A DNA stretch of 63,493 nt, filler included, from Octopus bimaculoides (lineage: Eukaryota), in the NCBI RefSeq assembly GCF_001194135.2. It is 7 parts of 5 records of this genome, joined end to end, with 100 filler letters (N's around TTAATTAATTAA, not from the genome) between each part and the next. Parts side by side here need not be neighbours in the genome. Positions count along the whole stretch, not along the records: positions 1 to 24,807 come from NC_068981.1; positions 24,908 to 38,063 come from NC_068981.1; 5 more parts are not named here. One strand, given 5' to 3'. The notes under the pieces are model-generated. The model searched no databases. It was given only the letters and a program-made list of their open reading frames with translations, and had not been told where the DNA came from. Positions 11,671 through 25,421 of the stretch are shown in pieces. Each line of letters starts with the position of its first letter. The first letter of the stretch is position 1. A program made the translations under genes and the position numbers.

Positions 11671-13271
11671 TACTGGCCAAAATAAGTTTAAGACCGATGA
11701 TAACATCTCTGTTCCTTCATTAATATATTTTTAACAAAGCTATAAATATATTTTTACAACTTATGTAGAATTTGTTTTCTCTTTCGAATGATACAGGCGT
11801 TATGTGTCTTTCTACAATTCGAATAATTTTAATGCGCAATTAATTCAAATGATACGAAATTGTCGGCAAAATAAGTTTAAGACCGTACGAAGATTATGCA
11901 AATTAATAAACCAAATGGGTGGTCATATAGCTCGTCGTACTGCATTGTTTTGCTTAATCATCGAGCATTGTTACACATTAATTCGCTATGGGAAAGCATC
12001 GTAGTATCAACCCAGTTACTAAATCAAAGATCGTGTTGCTTCATCAGCAAAATGTGTCCTTCGTGAACATTAGAAAGCAATTAGGATGCAGCAAGACAGC
12101 TTGTGTTCAAGCATGGAAGTTTTACCAAGCTATTGGCCAATACAAAGATCGGCAAAGAACGGGCGCTGCGAGAAAAGAGCAACAGTACAGATGGATCGGC
12201 GAATTCATAACAGCAGTAAACACTCGCAAGCAATTATCTGTTGAAACTGACATCAGCTTTACATCGCAAACTGTCAGAAACCGCCTAAAAGAATCTGGAC
12301 TGTTCGGCCGGATCGCTTGAAAGAAGCCGATAATTTCTGAGACGACCCGGCGGAAGTGGATCAAGTTTGCTAAAAGCCATATTGAATGGAGGGCTGAAGA
12401 CTGGTCGAAAGTTCTTCGAGCGACGAATCCCGCTTCTGCATCTTTGGATCATACGGAAAAACTTATGTTAGATACCGTCCAACTGAAGAATTCCATCCTC
12501 AGTGTGTCAAGAAAACGGCGCAAGCGGGAGGTGGTGTGGGGGATAATGGTGTAGGCCGCATTCAGTAGCTTTGGTGTTGGTTCAATTGTGGCAGACTGAA
12601 CAGTGTAGGCTATCTGCAATTAATAAATGAAAATATACTGCCATATTCAAATAATCAGATGCCGCTGGGATCTAATTTCGAGCAGGACAATTGCCTCATT
12701 CATAAGGCTAGGAAAACTCTGCAATATTTTGAAAGTTTTGCAATATTTTGGTTACTGAGTGGCCTCCGCAGAGCCCGGATTTGAATCTGATAGAAAATTT
12801 ATGGAACTATGTTCCTAAAAGAGCTCATGCTAAAAACCAACAAATTTGTCCCAATTATATAATTTTATTGAAGAACTATGGCAGAACATTCCAAGTAATT
12901 TTTTGTGCTCATTTGACTAATTCAATTTCCCGCTGTTGAAAGACCATAATTGAAAATAGCAGCTATGCAACTAGATACTAATAATAAATTTTTGCTCGTT
13001 GGTCATTTGTGCCGTAAATTTTCAATTTAAACAAAATAATGTTGGTGCGGTCTTAGACTTATTTTATCGACAATTTCTAATCATTTGAATTAAATGCGCA
13101 TTAAAATTATTCAAATTTTAGAAAGATATATAACATTTTTGTCATTCGAAAGAGAAAAAAAAAGATTCTACATAAACTGTAAAAAGTAAAATAATTTTAT
13201 ACAGTTTTGTTAAAAATAAATTAATGAAGGAACAGAATCTGTCATCGGTCTGAGACTTATTTTGGCCAGTG
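11671..13271 (+). mobile_element. Tc1-like DNA transposon with long IR/DR-type TIRs (about 215-225 bp), TA target duplication
   Basis: TIRs 11671-11886 and 13047-13271, each bounded by AAAATAAGT(T/C)T(A/C)AGACCG repeats. TA at 11669-70 and 13272-73. Confidence 0.92.
11988..12981 (+). pseudogene. Tc1 DDE transposase, disrupted
   Basis: MGKHRSINPVTKSKIV..., TVRNRLKESGL, (S)DESRF, EQDNC, WPPQSPDLNLIENLW, with stops and frameshifts. Confidence 0.9.
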
Positions 13272-15456
13272 TAGGTTGGGCGTGGGAGGCCCTTTCCTTC
13301 GACGTTCATTTGTCGGCTCTCTTAGCACCATCTGGATGTTTAGGAGGTCCCCATAGATGCAAGTAATCGATCGGCTTCATTACTCTGATTACTGTTTTGT
13401 CGTTGAACCATTGTAACGTCTATGCAGACAAGTGTTTCTACCGTGCTCTTTCTGTTTGATGTTAAATATTGCACACAGTATTCTGGTGTAGCACCCATCA
13501 GAGACTGCTACACTGTAGGCTCCAAGATCAAACATTCATAGTCATGTAACAAGTCGAACGAGCTCTATAGTCGCATATGAAATATACAAATGATAGTTTG
13601 GGTGCCCCCATAACATTTGTTCCTTTTTCTAGTTTAGTTTTTACACATTGGTTAAAGCTATTATAGCAGGTTATGCGTCATTATCTTTTACGGTCTGCCT
13701 TTTCTTGGATTTTGAGAATCAAAATAAATTTCTCTTCAGTGATTCAGCCACGCGTTGCTTCCGGATACTTCATTAGCTTATTAGCAGTTTGCTCCTTATT
13801 TGTGCCTATACAGTATTTTAATCAGACGTTTGGTGTCTTATCATTTTTGTAGCCCTTCAGTTATTTGGTTCTGTAGTGTTTAAACTAGTTCTCTGTTGAT
13901 ATGGCCTTCTACGATTGTTCAGATGTTGAGTTCGTTGTTTGGAACAATCATCACCATAGTGAATTATTCACTGTTCATACTCTTTGACAAAATTCTTCTG
14001 TGTCTCCTTCTATTGGCATTGCATTGTTTTCTATTATATTTTTAACTAGTTCATAAAATCACTTTGGGCTGGAGACTAACAGTTCGTTTTGTTCAAATGA
14101 TAGATTTTGCTTTTCGTGCTGCCTTTTTCCCAGCGATTTTTCGAGCATCTCTTGTTTTATATGCTCTTTTATTTTGCAACAGTTGTTTTGTTATATTTTT
14201 CTAATACTTGTTTCTCCTCGTCCTTTTGTTTCAGTTGTGCCTTTTTTGTTATGGATTTTAAAGACTGGGGGATATTTCCGTTTATTTTGTATCTTTCCAT
14301 CTCTGTGTTTGTTTCCCAAGTTGTTTGTCAGGGATTTATATTCTCATATGTGTACCACTGAAAGATTACTCATTTCCTTTTGAAACACCTATGGTTGCTG
14401 CATATATTAATTTCGTTTATCATGTTGCTATCAACGCTCGTATCTGTTCAAATTTGCGTTTTTCGTAGCTGCTATTTAGTCTTTGGGATGGGTTTCTTTC
14501 ATTGGTCCATAGAAAGCTCTATTGATTTTCATTCTTGAAATATTTCTATCTTTAGATCGCTTATTTTCATGTTCAGGATTTCCATCTTTAGAATTACCTG
14601 TTTTTAAATTTTTCAAATATTCTTTCTTATTCACAGTTTTATTTGTGTTGTTTTAGTTCGACTTTTGCTGGTCAGCATTCTGTAGAGACTCCAGGATTTC
14701 GTTTTGTTGTGTGTTCTCATATTTACTGTATAATTTGCATGTGTTAAATCTATCTTTCTCAATGCTTTTTTTATTTTCATTGCTTTGTTTATTAATCGCT
14801 TTCGTTATGTATTCCTTCTCTTAAGTCTACTATCTCATTTTTTTTAAAGAAAATCCTCTTTGAATTATCTAATCCGTAAGGATCCGACGTTACATTTAGA
14901 TCACAGTAATTTTCTATCCACTATTTTTCCATCAAAATATTGTCGTGATTTCGTTTTGGTAGTTGACTGTGGTTGCAAAATATGTGCATAGAGCTGTATT
15001 CCTAGATTGTTATAATTTTAATCGGGTAATGATTGATAAGTTTTTGGCAGTGCTGAGTCTTGCACAATCCATATTTCGTACATTTATAACTGAAATTAGA
15101 AGTTCATTTCTTCATTTAACTTTGAGCTGAACAATAAGGTCTTTGCATTATTGTTTATAATAGTCATTCTCGTTGTGTGAATGAACCTGTTTCTTATTGA
15201 TATGATCCATACTTCGTTAGTTTGGTCTCCTATTAGAACGAATATTTGTAATACATTAATTCTCTGGGGTAAATACCAATGAATTTTACAAGCATACAAG
15301 TGTATATACTTACACAGTTATTCTTTAACATCATCATCATTTCTTTCGGGTTAATTCGTCGGTAAACAAATGCCGTTAAGTGATCATTTTCTTTGAATTC
15401 TGATTGTCAACTACCATGCTAAATTTATGTCGCGAATTATTCAAACCTTCTCATTT

Positions 15457-15519
<63 letters not shown>

Positions 15520-15640
15520 GTCATTATTATTATTATTATTCCTTCGTAACACAGTATAGGTAAAAATGCACCGGAGTCTTTAGTCATCTGTCAAGTCACA
15601 GCAAGGACTCAGACAGATAATACTTTCCTTAAGATGTGAC

Positions 15641-15830
15641 GTCGTTAGCACGCCAGACAAAATACTTAGCAGCATTTCGTCTGTCTTTACGTTCTAGGTC
15701 CAAATTCTTCAGACGTCACCTTTGTTTTCATCCTTTTGGGTCGATAAACTAAGTACCAGTTAAGAACTAGGATTGATGTAATCGACTTACTCCCTCCCAG
15801 AATATTTCAAGCCTATGGCAGAAAGGATTA
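15641..15830 (+). mobile_element. tRNA-derived SINE family B
   Basis: CGTTAGCACGCC...TTTACGTTCT...GTCGATAAA.TAAGTACCAG...GTAATCGACTT...GAAAGGATTAT, shared with the 21706, 47498, 48313 and 56643 copies. Confidence 0.75.
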
Positions 15831-16099
15831 TCGTTGTTGTTGTTCTTCTTTTTCTTAATATGGTGTTAATGTTCCCTCTAGATAAGGTGCTGATGGTCAT
15901 TTGAAATGAAATAACTTACATTTGCATAATCATTATGATTACTTATAATATACCCTGCTCCGTTCCTTTATGGGATGGTTTTCAACCGAGTATGTTTAAA
16001 ATACTGCGGGCGCTTCACTTCAGCTGGCATATGAACAACTGTACAGAGAAAATTGGAGGCAAGACGGTAGATAAGTACAATATATCAAAGAAACATATA

Positions 16100-17398
16100 T
16101 GAGGTGATATCAGAAGGTTCCCAGACCAGTTATGTTTTATTACAAATAACTTATTTATCTAAGTTTTAGCATCATCTCCTTCGAAATAGTCACCTTGCGC
16201 GGCAATACACTAGTCCCATCTTCCCTACCACTTTTGGAATCCGGTTAGGAAGTCGCTTTCTGTAAGAGAATCGAGGACCTTCTGCGATTCGCTCTGGATC
16301 TCGAGAACGGTGTTAAAACTATGATCTTTGAGCTGTATTTTCAACTTAGGGAAGAGATGGAAGTCCGCATGTGCTAAATCTGGTGAATAAGGTGGGCGGG
16401 TTCGAAAGTGATACCATGTTGTTTTTGGTGAAAAACTCACGAGTGACGAGAGTTCGATGACGGAGCATTGTCGTTTTGAGGAACCCAATTCTTCGCACTC
16501 CACAGATCTGGTCGTTTCGCCAAATGTCCTTCCTCAAACGCTTCAAAAGGTCGCAGTGGAACTCTCGATTGATGGTCTGGCCATGGGGGGGGGCGAATTC
16601 TCAATGACAAAACCATGGATGTCGAAGAAAACGATGAGTATCCTCATGATTGAGTTGCGACTCTGTCGTGCCTTCATCGGTCGGGGAGATGAAGGCCTCT
16701 TCCATTGTGACAACTGCTGCTTCTTCTCGGGATCCTGCCCGTAAATCCAGCTCTCGTCACCGGTGATGACGCTCGGCATGAAGGATGGGTCATCAGCGGC
16801 ACGCTGACGAAGATCTTGACAGACTTCGACTCGATGTTCTCTCTGCTCAGTGGTCAGCAGAGGACAAACTTGACAGAGACGCGTCGCATGTTCGATACAG
16901 ACGTTAGGATTGCCTACACGGACCCATTCAACAGAATAACAGCATCAGCAATGTTCTTGATTGTCCTCCAACGATTCTCATGCACAAGCTGATGAATTTT
17001 CTCCACATTTCTCCACGCTCGTGGCAGGTCTCCCAGATCGCTCATCGTCTCCCAGGGATGTTCTTCCGCTTTTGAAGCGCTCGTACCACTCGAAAAATTG
17101 CGTACTACCCATTGCCTCGTCGCCATAAGCTTGCCGAAATATGCTCAACATCTCTGTAGCAAAATTCCCAAGTTTAACGCAAAATTTTACGACTTTTTGT
17201 TTCAATTTCCTGTCCATGACAAAATCACAGACTACAGCGTACACGTGATCACAAAAAAAAAACAAATTTCACAACTTGGGAAGTAAACACAGTGAAGTCA
17301 CTCGGCACCACTGCTAGCTCTCATTGCACATGCAACTGTGCACTGCTATGTGTTCGCACGCTACAGAATTAGCCCGGAAATTTTTTGATACCACTTTG
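16100..17398 (-). mobile_element. Full-length mariner element (about 1.3 kb), TA-flanked
   Basis: TIR-like ends TA|TGAGGTGATATCAGAAGGTTCCCAG and CCCGGAAATTTTTTGATACCACTTTG|TA enclose a transposase pseudogene. Confidence 0.92.
16159..17217 (-). pseudogene. Mariner DD34D transposase, frameshifted
   Basis: MDRKLKQKVVKFCVKLG..., DDERSGRP, ITGDESWIY, NDNAP, PPYSPDLAHADF, QGDYFEGDD. Confidence 0.9.
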
Positions 17399-17856
17399 TA
17401 GTTGCAGTTACGATTGCACGTTGAAGTATTTCGGATAGACGAAAATCGAGGTCAGAGATAGACAATGCAACGGAAAGTGGAGGTGAGAACATGTATGCAC
17501 GCAAAGAATCACTCTAACATACAGTTACATATACATATAAACATAAACTCGTGTTAATTGCATTACTACCATCGCAGAAAATAAATTTAACCATATTCTA
17601 AACTTCATATTAAAATATAAAGTTTTACTCAGTAAATATTGTAATTAACTTTCGGTTCAAAACATTAAAGAGCCAACCGAACTACGAACGAGGGTAGGTA
17701 GAGCAATTCGACGATATAGCGTGATTAATAACAATACTTTTCTTAGAGGGTCTCTCTTTAGCGTCTGCCAACGTTTTACAATTGGTTCTAAATTTAAAAA
17801 AAAAGTGCGAGTGACGTGTTTGCGCGCATCGAGACCACTTCATGACTGTATGTGCA

Positions 17857-17901
<45 letters not shown>

Positions 17902-18074
17902 ATCGTTATTACCACCATCATCATCATCACTGTTTGTTGTTGAATCGATTATCAAGAATGGTGAATCTGAGGTCGTTATGCCATACCCTCTTTACGATTA
18001 GAAAACTTTGCTTGTCCCATGACCTACAATTACCTGTTGAAACAAATTCACTTAAATGTTAAAATATGAATAAT

Positions 18075-18290
18075 CCTGTGACGGACCGACGCCCCAACCA
18101 AGGAGTAATATATATGCACTAGAAGACCCGCTAAACCAGCCCTATGCTCCTTGAGGAGTGATGAGGACTCGCCAATAGAGGGCGAACACCTCTCAACTAT
18201 ATTGATGTTATTGGCAGAAATTCACATGAAACTGAGACCCTACCAAAGCTAATGAGGAACAGGATTTTCTGGCATGGCATGGTGAAACAC
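18075..18290 (+). pseudogene. RTE/RTEX-like LINE C-terminal fragment
   Basis: GLANRGRTPLNYIDVIGRNS...LPKLMRNRIFWHGMV resembles the RGRP..Y.D...M.DR..W LINE C-terminus. Confidence 0.5.
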
Positions 18291-19254
18291 ATTTGGATTG
18301 CTGTCGTTTGTAAAAGAGTGTTCATATATATACAGGCAATTAATAATTAGAATTAACTAATACATATCATATTACTTTACTCAAGAAACTTTAGAATTTT
18401 AATATTCAATCCTTATGTTACTATAACAACCCGCTTTCTAAAAATCCTCACAATTAAATAACTTAATGCAAATATTCTACAAAGCAACCGTATATATACA
18501 CGAACAAACCCAAAATACTTGCATATTGATGCTTAAATTCCTTAAACAAACTAATTCAAAATATATCGGTGCATATTTAATAGAATTATACAGAAGATAA
18601 AATACATATTTCAAGGAAATTTAAATTGAAACATTTATATGATTATGCTTTTATTTTACCTCAACTTTCTCTCCATTTTCTGAAGGACTTCATGCAATTA
18701 TTTTAATACACATTGCATACTGTGAAATTCACAAACACATACGCTCACAAATACAAATACAATTATACACAAGTAAAATAAGACATGCGCACACACATTC
18801 AAACATACATGGGGACACACAGACACACACTAACACAAAACACCAGTTTCTTTTTTTATATTTTTGTTTAATTGTTTTGTTTCAATTAATTCAGTAAAAA
18901 TAACACGTATGCAGTACCACTGGCTCCTCGATTGTTATTTTATTTTCCCTCACCTTTTCCTTCTTTACTTAATTCCTCTCCCTTCACTTATTTTAATCAT
19001 ATCAGATTTTGACTCTGCATCAATTCTTTTACGCTGCCTTGGTATCCGTTTCTAAGAATGAAGCATTATCCATATAGACATTAATAACAGGATAATGTTC
19101 ATTACTGGTTGGTTAATCCACCAGGTGGAAACTAAAGATACTGCCAATATGAATTTTATAATAGATTTGACACTGTTTATAGTACTGCGTCTTCTTGTCC
19201 TTCCTATCAGTAAATACTCAACTGTTAGACAGGTAGGCCAGCATCCACCGCCAC

Positions 19255-19378
19255 TGGGTGGACAGGAGCAGCGTGAAATAAAGCGTGTTATCCAAAAACA
19301 CAAGGTGTAGCCAATCTAAGAATCGAAATCTGAATCTCGCGATTGTGAGAGCAACGATCTGACAACCAGGCTAAGCGC
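19255..19378 (-). mobile_element. tRNA-derived SINE head (family E/F-like)
   Basis: GGAGCAGCGTGAAATAAAG...GAATCGAAATC...GATTGTGAG...CAACCAGGCTAAG; reverse-strand A/B-box-like motifs. Confidence 0.55.
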
Positions 19379-19660
<282 letters not shown>

Positions 19661-20578
19661 GAAAAAAGACACACACATACACACATACATATATAGATAC
19701 ATACATGCATACATACATACAAATATATATACATACACACACACACATATATATATTTATATGTGAGTAAAAATAAATACAAATAAAGGGTTTTGTATAA
19801 TCGTGTATAGAGGAATATATTATTTTATCTAAAAGAGTTCCAACTCTGTCCGTTTTTTATTTTTTATTTATATTCTTGTAAAATTAATGTGGGAGATAGA
19901 ATATGGAATATATGGAATATGTCTTATTGAATATATGAAATATTGAGTGTTCAATATAAAGGATTAAATATATAAGCATANNNNNNNNNNNNNNNNNNNN
20001 NNNNNNNNNNNNNNNNNNNNNNNNNNNNNNNNNNNNNNNNNNNNNNNNNNNNNNNNNNNNNNNNNNNNNNNNNNNNNNNNNNNNNNNNNNNNNNNNNNNN
20101 NNNNNNNNNNNNNNNNNNNNNNNNNNNNNNNNNNNNNNNNNNNNNNNNNNNNNNNNNNNNNNNNNNNNNNNNNNNNNNNNNNNNNNNNNNNNNNNNNNNN
20201 NNNNNNNNNNNNNNNNNNNNNNNNNNNNNNNNNNNNNNNNNNNNNNNNNNNNNNNNNNNNNNNNNNNNNNNNNNNNNNNNNNNNNNNNNNNNNNNNNNNN
20301 NNNNNNNNNNNNNNNNNNNNNNNNNNNNNNNNNNNNNNNNNNNNNNNNNNNNNNNNNNNNNNNNNNNNNNNNNNNNNNNNNNNNNNNNNNNNNNNNNNNN
20401 NNNNNNNNNNNNNNNNNNNNNNNNNNNNNNNNNNNNNNNNNNNNNNNNNNNNNNNNNNNNNNNNNNNNNNNNNNNNNNNNNNNNNNNNNNNNNNNNNNNN
20501 NNNNNNNNNNNNNNNNNNNNNNNNNNNNNNNNNNNNNNNNNNNNNNNNNNNNNNNNNNNNNNNNNNNNNNNNNNNNNN

Positions 20579-20612
<34 letters not shown>

Positions 20613-20627
20613 TAGTTGCATGTGAGC

Positions 20628-20659
<32 letters not shown>

Positions 20660-21117
20660 ATAGATGTGTGTGAGTGTGTGTAAGTGTACAGTTTTAATTT
20701 TTTAAGGTTCTCATCATTTTCCTTTAACACCCCAGCGTGGCTCCAATAAGAAACCTGTTATTGCTATATTGAATCAGCTCTTTAGTTTTCACAGTATGAA
20801 GTAATGATGTTATTGATACTTTATATTTTAATAAACGGAATATCTAATGATCATGCCGTGTTGATGTATATGCGATTTCTTAACAGTAGTCAAGTAACAT
20901 CACAACAACATTTTAAAATTAACTAACGTTTAACAAAACTAGGAAGTACTTTCTCTGTGACTGTAAAAAGTTTATATATTAATGACGCATTTGAATCTGT
21001 GATTGAGAAATTACAATAAATGTAAAACGGAACAGTAAGTTCAGTATTCAAACCATAGAGATAGAAAGTTCGTTTATATTACCTCAGTTGTTTTCCTACT
21101 GCAAGACTATAAGTGTT

Positions 21118-21155
<38 letters not shown>

Positions 21156-21596
21156 CTTTATATATATATATTGGAAGATGAAGGAAACGGGCTGTAATCT
21201 TATCTGCGGGAATTGAACCTCGTCTGCTTTAGAGAATATAACCAAGATTACCATGACACCAAGGTGGCATAGTTTCAACTGATTAAATTAAAAGCTTTAA
21301 TTTGATAAAATAAGAATCCTCGTACCATTGACTTATCAACGGGCAAATCAGTCAACATTGCGTCAAGGTATGGTATTATATATATATATATATATATATA
21401 CATAATGTTGAAGAGGAGTTGAAAATTGTCACATCACCTACGGGAATCGAATCTTATGCCTGTATTTAAGACATGCTAACCCAGTAACGACTACATTAAG
21501 ATAACATCAGATCTTCAAATGACCACATCGGAAGCTTTAACCTGATACGCTAGGTTTATATGCGTGTGCGCATTTGTGTGCATATTTTTGTGCGTA

Positions 21597-21634
21597 TGTC
21601 TGTTGAAGAACGACGATCACCCGAAACGTTGGAT
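21597..21634 (+). ncRNA. Degenerate hammerhead-like motif
   Basis: CTGTTGA-AGAACGACGATCACCC-GAAA-CGTT. The core and stems are decayed. Confidence 0.3.
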
Positions 21635-21705
21635 TTTCATTCTCCTGCGAAAAATAACCACTGTGTTTTACTTTTAACCATCCATTTTATGGATTAATAT
21701 TTTGT

Positions 21706-21897
21706 TTTCGAATTTTGGCACGAGGCCAGCAAGTAAGTCAATTACATCGATCCCCAGTGATCATCTGATACTTATTTTATCGACCCTGGAAAGATGAAAG
21801 GCAAGTCGACCTCGGCAGAATTTGAACTCAGAACGTAAAGACGGACGAAATGCTGCTAAGCATTTTGTCCGGCACAGTAATGATTTTGCCAGCTTGC
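21706..21897 (-). mobile_element. SINE family B
   Basis: GTCGACCTCGGCAGAATTTGAACTCAGAACGTAAAGACGGACGAAATG...GCCAGCT. Confidence 0.85.
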
Positions 21898-22902
21898 AAC
21901 GCAGATCACCTCCAGTTCCCTTGAATTGCAAACCTTATCTAAATGCGGCAAGCCTTACAATCTAGCACTGTACGGTTTCTGATACTCGAAGTAATTCCCT
22001 ACCGACATACACATGTTGTTTATCGCAGAAACTTATATAGAATAAACTGGGAAATAACAATGCCACAGGCATTATAGTTACATGTATTGCATGCACTCAG
22101 CACTCAGATATAGCTTATTCATTTAAACCGACCAAAGACCTTTGTGTGGTCATTCTACTCGCTACATGTTGCAGCTAAATTTCCCTCAATTGACACAATA
22201 CACTGTTAAAAGCAGAAAGTTACATTCCATAATGTAGCTCTAGACGAGCAGAAATGAGTCGTCAAAGCTGGTAGGTTTTCAGAGTTAAGGCTGACGTGGG
22301 GTTGAATAACAACAACAACATCTTATTTGACAGAAACAACCAATCAGTAAGACAGCCGAAAAATTAAAGCGGCCAATAATAATTGGTTTGTAGCCAATTT
22401 AATAAATTCCATCTCAAAATGAGTCTGTGTCATGTGAAGCATCGAAAAATAAAGAGGTTGGTGGCTGGAATGTGAAATTATTGACCAATTACAAGAGGCA
22501 ATGGAGAAATTCCACATAAATTTAATTAAGTTTTCTTACTGTCATGTTTTCAATTTTACATACAATGTATTATATATACATACATATATATATATATNNN
22601 NNNNNNNNNNNNNNNNNNNNNNNNNNNNNNNNNNNNNNNNNNNNNNNNNNNNNNNNNNNNNNNNNNNNNNNNNNNNNNNNNNNNNNNNNNNNNNNNNNNN
22701 NNNNNNNNNNNNNNNNNNNNNNNNNNNNNNNNNNNNNNNNNNNNNNNNNNNNNNNNNNNNNNNNNNNNNNNNNNNNNNNNNNNNNNNNNNNNNNNNNNNN
22801 NNNNNNNNNNNNNNNNNNNNNNNNNNNNNNNNNNNNNNNNNNNNNNNNNNNNNNNNNNNNNNNNNNNNNNNNNNNNNNNNNNNNNNNNNNNNNNNNNNNN
22901 NN

Positions 22903-22953
<51 letters not shown>

Positions 22954-23658
22954 GTATGCATGTATGTATGTGTGTGTTAGTGTATGTGTGAGTACATATA
23001 TATATATATAGACGAATTACTATATGCGTGCATATGTATGTATGCATACACACACGCACAAACACACACACACATATGGTAAAGAACAAATAATTGCATA
23101 TCAAATAATATACAACGTATATTCTTGAGTTAATGAATGTCTTTGCTACTGTAGAAGGTAAAATTATCTCCTACTAATAAGAATTTTCTAAAATTGACAT
23201 GCCATTCAGAAAATGATATTCCCGTTGTCTGGAGACAAGTGTGCAGCTATAGACATGTGTTTCTGTCTCAATAGACGTCATAATACACTTGTCGTCATAT
23301 TTGTCTCCATCTGATCGGACACTTGGCCATATACAAACAAAGTGTAGAGTATAATTATGGCGTAGGCAGTATGCATCATAATTCAAACGAAAATGTTTTA
23401 GCTCAGAGCTGTCAGTAGGCATAAGTTTGAAGAACAAAGATGCACGAAATCATATTAAATACCACACAACTTAGATCGTTGGTTTACTGAAATCGTTTCC
23501 TCTTCTGAATAAGGTAAAATAATCGATTGGTGACAATTGGAACCAACTCCAAAGGAGAAGAGAAAATCGCAAGAATCAGAGCTCTAAAACTAACACGCCA
23601 TAAAAATTCATATGTGTGCGTGTGTGTGTGCGTGTGTGNNNNNNNNNNTGTGCGTGTG

Positions 23659-23692
<34 letters not shown>

Positions 23693-23934
23693 AATATGTG
23701 TGTATGTGCGTGTGTATATCTTATATATACATACATACATACACATGTGTGTATATATCTCACTGCACCACTGTATCGATCAAACGAACGGATGTCTTTT
23801 TATGGTGTTATAAACCGGTGGTTGCAAAGTGCTTACTCGCATTGTTATAACTATTGGATGATGATCCCCCCCACTGGCAAGGCGATCAGGCCAGCATTCG
23901 CATTGAACGGAACGCCAACCTGTTGATGGCTTTC

Positions 23935-24069
23935 TGATTTTACAGCTTGGTGGACTGGAGCAACGTGAATCGAAGTCTTTCCTCAAGAATGCAGGGCACA
24001 ACCTGTCCGGGAATCGAAATCACGATCTAGTGATCTTGAATGGAACGTCCTAACCGCTAGGCCACATGC
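23935..24069 (-). mobile_element. tRNA-derived SINE (family E/F) 5' part
   Basis: GGACTGGAGCAACGTGAA...CTCAAGAA...CCGGGAATCGAAATCACG...CTAACCGCTAGGCCAC. Confidence 0.65.
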
Positions 24070-24530
24070 ACACTAGGCACGCGCGCTCACACATACTCAC
24101 ACACACAGACCTATTTCACTGTAAAGTTGTAAATTGCAAACTTCAGGACTCCAGCTGTTACAATCGATATACACATAAATATGCAAGGAAATAGCATATG
24201 TATGCGTGTATGTGTACTTAACAAGGAGAACGTCAATGTATAGAGATACGTTTCGTAACCTGTTACTATTTGTATATATTTTCATTTACCGCTTATGATT
24301 TCGGCATCCATTGGAAAAAACGTAACAATCTACAGCAGAAGAGTAATAAAATATATTGGTTCGGATGCCTTGCATTCCAAGTTAAATTACACGTCATCAA
24401 CTAAAAAACGCACTCCTCAACTTGTAGGCCAAGCGAAGCAGGTACGGTAAACAAAGGAGCCATTACCAAATAGGAACCGAGTAAGGGTGGGATTCCTTCA
24501 GTTGGTGTAACATGTATCTTGGGTGACTCG

Positions 24531-24807
24531 TTCCTCTCTTTCGTTCATTCTTTCCATCCTGCCCTCCACTTCTCCTGTACTGTCTCTGACACCTCTGTCC
24601 CCTTTCTCGACATTTCGGTCAGCATCCTCCACTCCGCCCTTAGCACCTCCATCCACTACAAACACACAGACTCACACTCCTATCTCAACTTCTCCTCCTC
24701 CCACCCTAGACACACAAAACTTTCTATCCCCTATTCCCAATTCCTCCGTCTACGCAGACTTTGTAGCGACAGCCATGACTTTGAGACTCAGTCTCAACTC
24801 ATGGCTC
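24531..24807 (+). pseudogene. Penelope-like reverse transcriptase C-terminal/thumb fragment, truncated by a gap
   Basis: FHPALHFSCTVSDTSVPFLDISVSI...SIHYKHTDSHSYLNFSSSHPRHTKLSIPYSQFLRLRRLCSD matches the PLE FLD...YxKPT..YL...S.HP...SIP...R.CS motif. Confidence 0.88.
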
Positions 24808-24907
24808 NNNNNNNNNNNNNNNNNNNNNNNNNNNNNNNNNNNNNNNNNNNNTTAATTAATTAANNNNNNNNNNNNNNNNNNNNNNNNNNNNNNNNNNNNN
24901 NNNNNNN
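24808..24907. other. Artificial scaffold join N44-TTAATTAATTAA-N44 (also at 38108, 43316, 52725, 59533, 62182)
   Basis: The identical 12-mer with stops in all six frames sits between 44-N runs at all six sites. Confidence 0.95.
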
Positions 24908-24943
<36 letters not shown>

Positions 24944-25382
24944 CATATATACACATATATATACATATATATGAATGTATATACATATATATATACACAT
25001 ATATATGAATTTATATATATACATACACACACACAAATATATATACATTTACAGACTGCACAATTATGTAGAAACGTAACATCGTATTCTTCTTTTATAT
25101 GAGTACAGAGAATATAGGAAAATGTTGCTTTGGGGGGGGGGGTATTGTTTCCAGGTAATATTTCTACCAAACACACACCTGATGTGAATCGGTGAATCAA
25201 TGGCGGAGCAGAAAGATTAAAATGAACAGCGATACGCCGACCCTCTTACCTCCACACCACCACTTGCCATACACAAACCAAACCAAACCAACACATGCTT
25301 ATGCAGACATAACACATACACACACATATGTATATCTACATATGTGTGTTTATATGTGTAGGTATATATGCATGTATGTATG

Positions 25383-25421
<39 letters not shown>

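Larger units (their letters stand above)
11585..13580 (-). mobile_element. RTE/RTEX-like LINE ORF C-terminus, split by the Tc1 insertion
   Basis: LLHDYECL...SLDGCYTRILCAIFNI...EPTNERRRKGLPRPT|YVNILKKDV reads in frame once the Tc1 and one TA are removed. More degenerate LINE sequence probably extends to about 14500. Confidence 0.7.

Noticed and set aside
21170-21500. Two reverse-strand B-box-like motifs (GGGAAT(T/C)GAA) after TA runs
   Set aside because: No foldable cloverleaf or clear family match. Possibly decayed SINE heads.
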